From Mobula hypostoma (lineage: Eukaryota), in the NCBI RefSeq assembly GCF_963921235.1, contig NC_086097.1, forward strand, positions 71,612,001 to 71,676,000: a stretch of 64,000 nucleotides of DNA. The letters are read 5' to 3'. A program made the translations under genes and the position numbers. The stretch's first letter is position 1, and each line of letters starts with the position of its first letter. Positions 11,933 through 24,044 of this stretch are shown piece by piece. The notes beneath the pieces were generated by a model. The model had not been told where the DNA came from. It searched no databases and saw only the letters and a program-made list of their open reading frames with translations.

Positions 11933-11966
11933 GTCCTGACGAAGGGTCTCGGCCTGAAACGTCGAC
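11933..11966 (+). ncRNA. Minimal type I hammerhead ribozyme motif
   Basis: GUC-CUGACGA-AGG(GUCUCGG)CCU-GAAAC-GUC-GAC: intact core boxes, stem II, GUC cleavage triplet, palindromic ACGU in place of stem III. Confidence 0.85.
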
Positions 11967-12063
11967 TGCACCTCTTCCTATAGATGCTGCTTGGCCTGCT
12001 GCGTTCACCAGCAACTTTGATGTATGTTGCTTGAATTTCCAGCATCTGCAGAATTCCTGTTGT
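11933..12063 (+). mobile_element. Penelope-like element pseudo-LTR 3' fragment
   Basis: Near-identical to the termini at 16446-16582 and 38372-38470; 10-bp TSD tttctgaccc (11923-11932 / 12064-12073). Confidence 0.9.
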
Positions 12064-14539
12064 TTTCTGACCCTTAATGTTCCATTTCCCCATTTGACTA
12101 ATTACTCTTTCATATTGACCCTTGGGACTTTGGTTAGAATCTTGGAGACATGAATTATTAATGTATAGTGTGATTAGGCTGATAAACTAGTTCATGAATG
12201 ATGAAGTTACATGTGTGAAATGGGAAGTTTGTGAAGATAAATATTTCTGTTTGTGCTGCATTTTCAATTTATTTAAATGTTGCTACAGACATTAAACACA
12301 GAGCTTTATCAACATACAATAGCTCTTCAGTCTTCTTCACATTATTCACCCCTCAAATCTTACATCATAACTATCTCAATGTGAGCTTGGAGTTTTAGAC
12401 TAGAGAAATGATGTGATTAACTGAGGCATAATCTAGTTACTATAAACTTTAAGCACTGAACATAATGGAAAAAAGAGCATGAAGGTTCAAAGTTATTAAT
12501 TAACATGCAGAAATAAAATTCTCCTGGCATTTCAGTTAAATACAGAACTTCTGCCAATAGCATTGACATATTGACAGGTACAATCTTTTTATTTCCAAAG
12601 AACTATCACCTAAATGTTAGTACTAAGTTTGTTGTGCTCCACGTCTAGGAGTTCTTGCATATACTTTGTTCCAAAAGGCCAATATTGGAGCAGGTTGACC
12701 TAATTCTCCTGGGTGACAAGAAACAGAGCTGAATTCAATTGTGAAGATGCATGAAATTATTGAGCATTATTAGCAGTCTCCACAACTAGATAATTATATC
12801 TTGTACATTTGAAATTTACTTTAAATGGTGTAAATAATGATCAACAGCATATATCACCTCATCTTCCTGGTCTTTACTGATGCAAATTTCTTTTTCCTTG
12901 CTTAGGAAAAGGGGAAATGCTCCTGACAGGAGTTTAAACCCATAATCTATGACTGGAATGCTTCTCCTTGCCAAACCTTCTCATGACCCTCACAACTCAG
13001 CACTATTGAATTACATGGGAGAAGATTTTACTGTCCAAGCCATATAATTTAATGCTGATTAATTGATTAGACGCATCTTGAAGGAATGCAATCACCAGAA
13101 TCAAATAGTAATGCTTGCTTTTCAAGGAAGCATTTGTGATCTGTGAATAAAGAAATAGCAATCAGTTCATTATTTGCCCAGTTCTAAATAAATGCTTATT
13201 TATTCATGAACTGGGAATAGATTTCTATTTTCTACTTCACCAATCTGACGGACTAAGAAACTATGATAATGACATGACAGTAGAGAAATATTAATTGTTA
13301 TTTTATGCTGCTGACACATGAATTGGATTTCTTTCTTATTAATGCAGTGAGAGCTGTTACTAGTAAACTGCGTGAATAAAAGACATTGCAACACTTATTT
13401 TTGACTCATGAATCTCAAACGAATACCACCAGTAGTTTTGAAATAAAGATCGTATAATAATAGTAAAAGAAATTAAAACCTGATCCAAGAAAAAACACCA
13501 TCACATCCAAAGAGCATTTAATGTGTCAAGATGATTTGAAATAATTGAGTTAACATCACTAAGCAATCATTGTATATTAATTGTGTGGCATGAGTACATT
13601 GCTAATTTTGTAATATTTTCATTTCCACGATAATGCTGCTAAATTAAATCAATGCACAATTGCAGTATTTACAAAATATTGCAATGGTTATCAATAATTT
13701 ATATGGAGTCTCTAACCACATGATTTATTTATTTTTCTTTTCCTGCAACTCTTTATGCTTCAGTGTGTGCTCATGCTTTCATTCAGTGTTTCCAATATCC
13801 AAATTAACTTAAACTTTTACTGATAAATATAAAAACGAGATGGTAGCAAGGTCACTGTCAGAAGGATTACAGTCTTCAGTAAAATTAGAATTACCCCTAT
13901 GTTTTCTCATTGCTCTGACTTAGTAGCCTGAAAATTTTCTTCTTATTCTTTGTCCTGCACCATCCCACATTCCTTTCACATCACCCACAAAACTTCCTTC
14001 TGAATGTTTTTCCGTTCTTCCTGTATACTTCTCTTTTTTTCCCTCTTTCTTCCTGTTTATTTTCCTACTTTTGCTTACCTCATTTCTAATACATTTTGAC
14101 TTAGAATAATAGCATAAAGGCTACAGTAATTATAAGAGAAAGTATTATATCACTGATCCGACATCAGTCTTCTTTCAGTTGGTAGATGCTCTAACTATGT
14201 GTTATTGTCAATGGGGACATTGGGTGCTTGCTGCCTTTTGGAGCTTGTAATGTAACATAATCTTAATACTCCAAAGTCTTTGGCGAGAAGATGGAAGGGA
14301 ACTTTACAAACATGTTTAACTCACAAAACCTGTAACAATCAGACTTGCAATAATTTTGTTTTGCTTTATTGCCTAGATAGATTCGATCATTGGGAAGGTA
14401 GAGAAATCACAATCCAATGTTCATATTCATTCCTATGCTACTGTTTAGGAATCCATACACTTGTTACTGCATTGAAGGAGACTGAATGAGTCCATATGCT
14501 TCACATAGTAAGCACGTCAGTCACACCGTTTCCCTGAAG

Positions 14540-15000
14540 CCCTGAAAATCATTTTTTGCTCACTGCCGATTCAATAACTTCTTGATTCAATTTTATCTAT
14601 TCCCACATGCAGTGAGTGCCTTATCATAACCATGTTTTCCTCATGTCTCTCACCTTAGACATATCTTCTGCCAACGAATTGAACTATCAGTTCCCTGTTA
14701 TTTACATTTTCTTTCAAATTTCTTTTTTCCAAAGAGATAAACTCCATTTAAAGCAATGTAATATTTTAGTTGCCGTCCATCAACTCCAGTTGTACTTCAG
14801 TGTCTCTTCTGTACAATCTCTAGCACTCTCACATTTCCTGAAATGTGATGCCCAGAATCTGAAACTATATCTCAATTATGCCTTACATGTATGTTGAAAG
14901 GTTCAGCTTAACCTCTCTGCTTTTATATTCTGTCTATGAAGATGAGGTTTATATTCAATTCACTAACAACTCTGTTAACATGCCCTGCCATCTTTAAAAA
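14540..15000 (-). mobile_element. Old CR1 remnant
   Basis: Degenerate CR1 ORF2 3' motifs on the reverse strand (cctgaaatgtgatgcccagaatctgaaactatatctc). Confidence 0.45.
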
Positions 15001-15229
15001 TGTATGCATATATACATTTATATATCTAGCCAACAAAACAAGAGATATTTACAGCAGAAAAATTAGGCCGATTTGCTAATTTGCAAATTCCAGAAATAGC
15101 CTGAATTCCTTCCTATTGAACCCCAATTTTATTAAAGTTGGGAAAGTGTCTCTGATAGTTGAGCAATCTGCTCGAAAAAAGTTAACACTTGTTTAGCATC
15201 TTCAATATAAGAATGAAATATCCTTAGGT

Positions 15230-15560
15230 TTTCTCAAAAATTTTATCAAACTGACAAAGAGATATCTTGGAAAACTTGGCCAGTTATCCAAAATCTTCAT
15301 CCAAGAGTTAGGATTAAGGAATACCTTAAAGGAGAAAAGTTTGTGCAGATGCTGGTGAATGGAATTTTGGAGCTGGGGATCTTGGCAGCTGATGGCTAAG
15401 CTGCTCTTGATAGTCTGATGAAAATCAGAAAAACAAGGGGACAATACGTAGGAGTGTAAATGACTTGGAGAAGAATTAGTTTGGAGATAATTCTGGAATA
15501 GGAGGGCTGAGATTGTGGGTGGATTCGGAAACAAGAATATGAAACAATGTTAGCTCTATA
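15230..15560 (-). mobile_element. Old L2-like LINE 3' remnant
   Basis: Purine-rich stretch resembling the reverse strand of the L2 ORF2 end (cttaaaggag...ggaattttggagct..gg..cttggcagctga); recalled similarity only. Confidence 0.45.
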
Positions 15561-16445
15561 CAGGTGTATGATTGAATGATAATTAAATTTGAAATTGAAC
15601 TTGAATTTTCAAACATAGTCAAGACAAAGAAGATGAAAAAGGTCCTTTTTATGACTATGCTATGTATATTTTCCATTAAACAAATATTATTATAGATTAA
15701 TTAATTAGTGATCATAGTTTTAAAAATCCATCATTAAATCTCAATACATATTATGAAGAACTTTGCATAAATTCATTTAAATCGGCAATAATGTGCTGTA
15801 CTTGTAAAATCTTTCCTGTTAATCTTATGGATTGAAAATTGACATCACTAAATTATAGATGTTGAACCCTAGTGATATCAATTTCCACTCATTTAATTTC
15901 ATATAATTTAAAAGGAAATGCCCTGTGCAGGAGTTCCTCCGTGACTGCTCATCAGCCCTGAAAATAATTTCTGTGGACAAGGTCTCTGCTTTCAATTCTA
16001 GTCTTTTAAGAACATTAACCTGTGTACTTCCTTGATACTACCTTTAATGAGCTATGATTCCATGGCCCACCATATGGTGGTAGCATTCAATGTAGAATTA
16101 CTAGGATCAGCTTCAGGATATTCTACCGGGAATAACTAACACTTTACACTGGCTCTGTTGTTTCAGTAGCAAGTCTGAAAAATCATCCTCCTTGTCAACT
16201 TTGGGAATTGCAATCTTCATTGAATTTCTTTTAAAATTTATTCTGATATGACACAGCTTTTTGAACGTAATGCATTAGTGCCTAATGGAATGTCTGATGA
16301 TTGTTGTTCCATCTTACATTTTTAAGAATGTTCAGCTTGTTTTTGGACTCCAGCCCAAAGAATACCATCTGTCCACAGTAAATTCATTGGGAGAAGCCCT
16401 CATCTTAAAATCAAATGACCTTCGAACAATTCTGACAAAGAAAGA

Positions 16446-17032
16446 CGCAAACACGAGGAATTCTGCAGATGCTGGAAATTCAAGCAACACACATCAAAGT
16501 TGCTGGTGAATGCAGCAGGCCAGACAGCATCTCTAGGAAGAGGTACGGTCGACGTTTCAGGCCGAGATCCTTCGTCAGGACTAACTGAAAGAAGAGCTAG
16601 TAAGAGATTTGAAAATGGGAGGGGGAGGGGGAGATGCAAAATGATAGGAGAAGACAGGACGGAGAGAGATGGAGCCAAGAGCTGGACAGTTGATTGGCAA
16701 AAGGGATATGAGAGGATCATGGGACAAGAGGCCCAGGGAGAAGGAAAAGGGGGAGGGGGAAAAACCCAGAGGATGGGCAAGGGGTATAGTGAGAGGGATA
16801 GAGGGACACTCAGGTTGGAGGAACAACACCTTACATTCTGTCTGGGTAGCCTCCAACCTGATGGCATGAACATTGACTTCTCAAGCTTCTGCTAATGCCC
16901 CACCTCCCCCTTGTACCCCATCCGTTATTTATTTATATACACACATTCTTTCTCTCTCTCTCCTTTTTCTCCCTCTTCCTAGAGATGCTGCCTAGCCTGC
17001 TGCATTCACCAGCAACTTTGATGTGTGCTGCT
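16446..17032. mobile_element. Penelope-like element insertion with inverted pseudo-LTR arrangement
   Basis: Minus-strand pLTR (16446-~16805) joined to a plus-strand GIY-YIG C-terminus TLRLEEQHLTFCLGSLQPDGMNIDFS and an internally deleted pLTR; 13-bp TSD tgacaaagaaaga (16433-16445 / 17033-17045). Confidence 0.92.
16547..16582 (-). ncRNA. Minimal hammerhead ribozyme motif
   Basis: Minus strand AGUC-CUGACGA-AGG(AUCUCGG)CCU-GAAAC-GUC-GACC. Confidence 0.85.
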
Positions 17033-19286
17033 TGACAAAGAAAGAGGCCATTTGGCCCACATGTTCTGTTTTATTTGCAAACTGCAGCAGATAGGAATGT
17101 CAATGAAAGAGAAACTTCATCCACCTTTCTCTTCCAAACCTAGGGTATATTGTAACATTCTTGCTGTTAATAATCAATAAATATCATTCATTCCCTTGTA
17201 TCTGTGCAAAATGTGTCAACATTTTAACTTAAATATTTATGAATATATTTAACCTCTGTGGCACTAGCTGAATTTTGCTTCCTGCTGTGCAGAAGACACA
17301 GTGGGATCTTTCACAGAGTTTTGGGTTGCAATGGATGGAGTTTGCATCTGGAAACATTTTGCTACGTGGTCTATAGGGAACAAAATGTTAAACAATAATG
17401 ACCCTTAATTGTTAACGTCATCGAAAACTGATCTACCATTACCAGCTTCTGAAAACCATTCTCAGAAGAGCTTTAGGAACATTGTTTCTCAGCAACCTGT
17501 TCCCAAAGTACCATACAATGAACAGAAGGTTCAATGCAATGTGGATCTAAAAATACTGATTATAAATGTCATTATGATAGATTAGATCCCGGCATTTAAT
17601 TGACTAATATAAAACCATCAACCAAATAAAAGAATTATGTTTCTCCTGACACCAGCATTGCCCAAAGATCCAAGAAGTATTATTTTTAAGCCAACTACTC
17701 AGAAATTTTCTAAAACAGATTCAAGAAGTGGTCCATTCAAATATTCAAATGCAATGTCCCTGTGGTGTTATCTCTGCTCTGTACGTAAAGTTGGAGTTTC
17801 ATATGTAGCTCCAAAAAATGCATGTATTGTCCAGTAGTTCAACAAGCAGCTGTAATTCCAGCGTTTTGAAGGATGAGAAGATATCTTATTGGAACTTACA
17901 ATTTCTTTTACATAGGGCTTTACAAATTGGATTCAAAGAGGGTTGTTCTCTTGGCTGAGGAGTCCAGAACAAGTGGGGTCACAGTTTCATATTAAAGGGT
18001 AGGCTGTTTAGGATTCCTATTAGGGGATGACACAGGGCAAGTGATGAAAGTGTATGTAGGAGAACATTATGGATCATAATTCCATTAGTTTCAAGATGAT
18101 AATGTAGAAGGATAGGACTGATCCTCGGGATCAGTTTCTAAACTGGCAAAAGGACAGTTTTGAAAGCATCAGAAAGGATCTGGCAGGTGTGGATTGGGAT
18201 AGGTTGTTTACTGGCAAGGGAATGCTTGGTAGATGGGAGGCCTTCAAAAGTGAAATATTCACAGTAAAGAGTTTGTATGCTCCTGCTAGTATAAAAGGCA
18301 AGGCTACAAGGCTTAGGGAATCCTGGTTTTTGAGGGGTAGTGAGGTCCTGATTAAGAAGCAGATGAAGGTGCATGGCAGGTGTAGGTAGCAAGGGACAAG
18401 CAAGGTGCTTGAGGAATGTAAGAGCAAAAGTATAGCAATGGATCAAATTAGTCCAGCTGAAGATTAGCATGGTCATCTCTTCATGGAGGCAAAAGAAATG
18501 GGGGAAATCTTAAATGGAATTTTGGCATCTGTGCTTATTTGGAAATGGGACACAGTCTATTGAACTGAAGCAAAACAGTAGTGAGGTCATGGACCATATC
18601 AGGATTACTGAAGAGGAAGCACTTGTTGTCTTGAGACAGATTAGGGTGGATATGTCCCCAGGGTGTGACAAAGTGTCCCCAGAGACCTTGTGGGAGGCTG
18701 GTCCAGAAATTGCAGTGGATTTGGCAGAGGTATTTAAACATATTTGGCCATGGACGAAGTTCCAGACAATTGGAGGAGAGCTAATGTTGCTCTACTGTTT
18801 AAAAAAGGCTCTAAGAGCAAGCTGAGAAATTATAGGCTGGTGAGCCTGACATGAGAAGTGGATAAGTTATGAGAAGGTATTCGAAAGGATCAGAGATATA
18901 AGTATTTGGATAGACAGGGACTGATTAGGGATAGTCAACATAGCTTTGTGACTGGTAGGCCATGTCTAACCAACCTTATAGAGCTTTTCCAAAAAGTTAC
19001 CAGGAACGTTGATGAAGACAAGGCAGCGGGTGTTGGCTACATGCACTGTAGCAAGGCCTTTGACAAAGTTCTGCATGGAAGGCTGGTCCAGAAGGTTCAG
19101 TGGCTTGGCATTCAGGTTGAATAGCAAATAGGATTCAACGTTGTCTTGCAGGAGAAGCTAGAGAGTATTTGATGTAAAGTAGATGGCTGCCTCTCCGACT
19201 GGAGGCCTGTGATTTGAGGTGTGGTATAGGGAATGGTGCTGGGTCCATTATTCGTTGTCATCTATATCAATAATGTGGTAAACTGG

Positions 19287-22200
19287 TTCAAAGTTCAAAG
19301 TAAAATTTATTATCAGACTACATATATGTCACAATATACAACCCTGAGATTCTTTTTCGGCAGGCATAATTAGCAAATCTATAGGACTGTAAATGTAAGC
19401 TGTAAGCATCAGGAACTGTTAACTGTAAACAAACTGTGCAAATGCAGGTATAAATAAATAGTAATAAATAATGAGCATGAAATAACAATATAACAGAGTA
19501 CCTAAGTGAGTGTAGCTCAACCCTTTTTTCCCCCAAGAACCCGATGATTGAGGGGTAGTAACTGTTCTTCAACTTGGTGGTGAAAGTCCTGAGGCTCCTG
19601 TACCTTCTACCTGATGGCAGTAGTGAGAAAAGAGCATGGACTGGATGGTGAGGATCTTTGATGATGGATGTTGTTTTTCTACGGCAACATTTCATGTACG
19701 TTTGTAGATGTGCTCAATAGTTGGGAGGGTTTTACCCATGAAATACTGGGCCGAATCCAATACCGTTTGTGGGACTTTTTTGCTCAAAGGCGTTGATGTT
19801 CCCATACCAGGCTGTAGTGCAGCCAGTCAGTACACTTTTCACCATTGAAGCTTGCCAAGGTTTTCAATGACATGCCGAACCTCTGCAGACTCCTGAGGAA
19901 GAGGAGGTGTTGTCATGCTTTCTTTGCAATTGTATTTATATAATTGGTCCAGAACAGGCCCTCTGAGATAATGACACCCTCCACCCCTGACTTTCCAATG
20001 ATTACTGGTTCATGGACCTCTGGTTTCCCTCTCCTGAAATCTACAATTAGTTCCTTGGTCTTATTGACATTGAGTGAAAGGTTGTTGTTATTACACCACT
20101 CAGCCAAATTTTCAGTCTCCCTCCTATGTGCTGATCCATCACCACTTTTCATACAGCCTACAAAGGTGGTGTCATCAGCAAATTTTTATATGGTGTTGGA
20201 GTTGTAGTTAGCTACACAAGCATAGGTATAAAGCGAGTAGAGCAGGGGGCTAAGCACACATCCCTGTGGTGCTCTTGTGCTGATGAAGATTCTGGAGGAG
20301 ATGTTTTTGTCAATCTGAACTGACTGGGGTCTGCAAGTGAGGAAGTTAAAGATCCAATTGTACCAACGGTATTCAGGCCCCGGTCTTGGAGTCTACTGAC
20401 TAGTTTTGAGGGGATGATAGTATTAAATGCCGAGCTGTAATTGATTAAAATTAAACATTGTGATGTATGCATCTTTGCAGCCCAGATGTTCCAGGATTGT
20501 GTGGAGAGCCAAGGAGATGGCATCTGCTTTAGACCTATAGTTTTGGTAGGCCAATTGAAGTGGATCCAAGTCAGCATTCAGACAGGAGCTGATATGCTTC
20601 AACACCAGCCTCTCAAAACACTTCATCACTGTGGATGTAAATACCACTGGACAATAGTCATTTAGACAGGTTACCACGCTCTTCCTTGGCACCGGTATGA
20701 TTGAAGCCTGCTTGAAGCAGGTGGGTACCACACACTGCCGGAGCGAGAGTTTGAAGATATCCGGGAATACACCAGCCAGTTGGTAAGCACAGGTCTTCAA
20801 CACTCATCCAGGCACTCCATCCGGACCAGGTGTTTTCCTTGGATTCGCTCCCTTGAAGGAAGACCACACATCATCTTCAGATACTGAGACCAAAGAATCA
20901 TGGGGAGATATGGGGGTGCATGATGGTTCCTCCCTGTTCTGGTGGTCAAAGCAAGCATAGAGGGCATTGAGCTCATCTGGGAGTGAAGCTCTGCTGTCCC
21001 CTATGTTGCAAGATTTAGCCTTGTAGGGGGTTATGGCATTCAACCCTGCCACAGCTGTTGAGCATCCCTCATTGTTTCCAGTCTAGTCTGGAATCTCCAC
21101 TTTGCCCAGGAGGTGACTCTGCAGAGATCATACCTGCACCCCTCGTAGCATTCTTGATTTCCAGACTTGAATGCCTCTGATCTGGCTCTTGGCAGGTTCC
21201 GGTTTTCATTGTTCATCCAGGACTTCAAATTGGGAAAAACCCTGAATAATTTCATGGGGATAAGCTCATCCACAGCTGTTTTATTAAAGTCTGTTATGAC
21301 CCTGGTGTAGTCATTCAGGTCCTCAGATGAGTTCTTGAATATGCCCAGTCCACTGACTCAAGGCAATCCTGTAACCGTTCCTCAGCTTCCTGCGACCACT
21401 TCTTGGCTGTCTTGATCTCTGGAGCCTTGACCTTTAGCCTCTGTCTGTATGCAGGTAGCAGGAGTACAGCCAAATGATCTGACTTGCCAAAATGCAGTCT
21501 CGGGAAGGAACAATAGTTTCTTATCGTAGTGGAGTGTGTTGGGACCTCTGATACAACAGGTTAATTGCTGGTGATAATTAGACGGGGTTTTCTTCAAACA
21601 AGCCTGGTTAACATCGTTGACTATAATTTGGAATGTATTGGAATGGGCCGTTTCTTACTTACCGAGAGCATTGTGCAGTCTCGTGAGTACTTGCTTATAA
21701 TCAGCTGCTGGTTGGTATGTAAACTGTGGTCAGGATCACGGATAAGAACTCCTGAGGCAAATATAATGGTCTACATTTAAACATTAGTTGCTCTAAGTCC
21801 GGAGAACAAGAAGTTGACATAACCCCAACATCTGTGCCCCAAGAATCGACTAAAAAGCATACGTTGCCACTTCCTTCCTTTAGCAGAATTTGAGGTTCGA
21901 TCCATTCTGAAAATCGTAAAACCTTCTGATCACAGAAGGAGGAGGACACCGAATGACCACTCTCCCCTGAACATCGACAACTCCTCCACAGAGATCATTA
22001 AGAGCACCAAATTTCTTGGTGTTCACCTGGTGGAGAATCTCACCTGGTCCCTCAACACCAGCTCCATAGCAAAGAAAGCCCAGCAGCGTCTCTACTTTCT
22101 GCAAAGGCTGAGAAAAGTCCATCTCCCACCCCCCATCCTCACCACATTCTACAGAGGTTGTATTGAGAGCATCCTGAGCAGCTGCATCACTGCCTGGTTC

Positions 22201-23165
22201 GGAAATTGCACCATCTCGGATCACAAGACCCTGCAGCGGATAGTGAGGTCAGCTGAGAAGATCATCATGGTCTCTCTTCGTGCCATTACAGACATTTACA
22301 CCACACACTGCATCCGTAAAGCAAACAGCATTATGAAGGACCCCATGCACCCCTCATACAAACTCTTCTCCCTCCTCCCATCTGGCAAAAGGCACCCAAG
22401 TATTTGGGCTCTCTCGACCAGACCATGTAACAGTTTCTTCCTCCAAGTCATCAGACTCCTCAATACCCAGAGCCTGGACTGACACCAACCTACTGCCCTC
22501 TACTGTGCCTATTGTCTTGTTTATTATTTATTGTAATGCCTGCACTGTTTTGTGCACTTTATGCAGTCCTGGGTAGGTCTGTAGTCTAGTGTAGTTTTGT
22601 GTTATTTTTTATGTAGTTCAGTGTAGTTTTTGTATTGTTTCATGTAGCACCATGGTCCTGAAAATCGTTGTCTCATTTTTACTGTGTGGTTATGGTCGAA
22701 ATGACAATAAAAAGTGACTTGACTTGACTTGGTCGGATAGCTGTGTCTGGCGTGTTTGCTGTTAACCAAGTCTCAATGCATCAAACAACTGAGATCTGCC
22801 TCATCTGCCTTTGATACAGCAGGCTCGCCCAGAGATTGTCAACTTTATTTTCAAGTTACTGTACATTTGCTAACAAGATGGTAGGCTGAGGAGGCCTCAA
22901 CCCTTCGCGCTTCAGCCTGGTTTGAATCCTGCCTCTCCTGCTGCGTTTTTGTCCTTGGCCTTGGCGTTGACACTTAACTGCTCTGCATTTAACCGTCAAA
23001 CGTGACATCTGAAGATCATTGACGTAATTTTGTGGTCCGTTGTTAAGATGAAACTTACATGCTGCAGATTGCAGTGAAAGTTGATCAAAAGGAATATATT
23101 GAAGAGGAAGATGTAGAAATTCCTGCAGCCACAGAGAGTGGCCAATATTCACCGGCACCAGCTTG
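19287..23165 (-). mobile_element. Near full-length decayed Rex1/Babar-type LINE
   Basis: PTILLANVQ, IETWL, LMFKCRPLYLPQEF..VYIP (endonuclease); SLPDELNALYA, GPDGVPG, LKTCAYQLAGVF..IIPVP..NDYCPV..TSTVMKCFERLV, NYSSAFNTI, KFADDTT (RT); tail ...tgataataaattttactttgaactttgaa. Confidence 0.92.
21930..22730 (+). mobile_element. 5'-truncated Rex1-type LINE nested in the previous element
   Basis: [34 protein letters not shown]...[19 protein letters not shown]; (gactt)n tail; host frame AIRPEGFTIF is split here. Confidence 0.9.
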
Positions 23166-23823
23166 ATCATCCATTCAGCAACTTTGTGGTTGCCAACAAG
23201 ATTGGGAGCATAGTGGACAGCAACAAGGCTATCAAAGTTTGCAGATAGATGTGGACCAGGTGGAATTTAATGTAGACAAGTGTGAAGGAGGTGTTGCACT
23301 TTGGGAGGACAAACCAGGGTAGGACTTACACAGTAAGTGGTCAGGCATGGAGGAGTGTGTTAGAACCAAGGGATCTGGGAATACGGATCCATAATTCCTT
23401 GAAAATAGCATCACAGGTAGATAGAGTCATAAAGAGACAATGGTTTTCATAAATCTAAGTACTGAGTACAGGAGTTGGGATGTTATATCAAAGTTACAGT
23501 ACAAGAGATGTTGGTGAGGCCAAATTTGGAGTATTCTGTGCATTTCTGGTAACCCACCAACAGGAAAGATATCAAAAGAATTGAAAGAGTACGGAGAAAA
23601 TTTACAAGGATAGTGCAGGGATTTGAAGATCTGAGTTAAAAAAGGTTAAATAAGTTAGGACTTTTCCCCTGGACCGTCGGAGAATGAGTGGAGTTTTGAA
23701 AGAGGTATACAAAATTATGAGAGGTACAGATAGGATAGGTTCCAAGGTTGTCAAACCGAGGAGTGGTAGTGGGGACAAGCTGCCACTATCTAAAAGTGCT
23801 CCTCAGGGCATGCGTCTCAAATA

Positions 23824-23956
23824 AACAGGAACGGAATGGAGGGTTATGGGCTGAGTGCAGGTGGGTGGGACTAGGAGAAAGTAAGAGTTTGGCATGGACT
23901 AGACGGGCCGAGATGGCCTGTTTCCGTGCTGTAAATTGTTATATGGTTATATGGTT
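23824..23956 (+). mobile_element. CR1 3' end fragment nested in the RTE-related element
   Basis: gggccgagatggcctgtttccgtgctgta stem-loop and (tatatggt)2 tail; aaata duplicated at both junctions. Confidence 0.82.
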
Positions 23957-23982
23957 AAATAGCCTCTGACAACCAAGTCCAA

Positions 23983-24044
23983 CTCCTGGCCTTCTCGTGT
24001 GGCTTAGCCTCTAAGCCCGGTGGAGATGTTTCTACTGACAGGAG
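23983..24044 (+). ncRNA. Candidate HDV-like ribozyme core
   Basis: P2 CUCCUG/CAGGAG, P3 GCC/GGC, L3 UUCUCGUGU, GG, P4 hairpin, J4/2 CUGA. The 5' strand of P1 was not identified. Confidence 0.6.
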
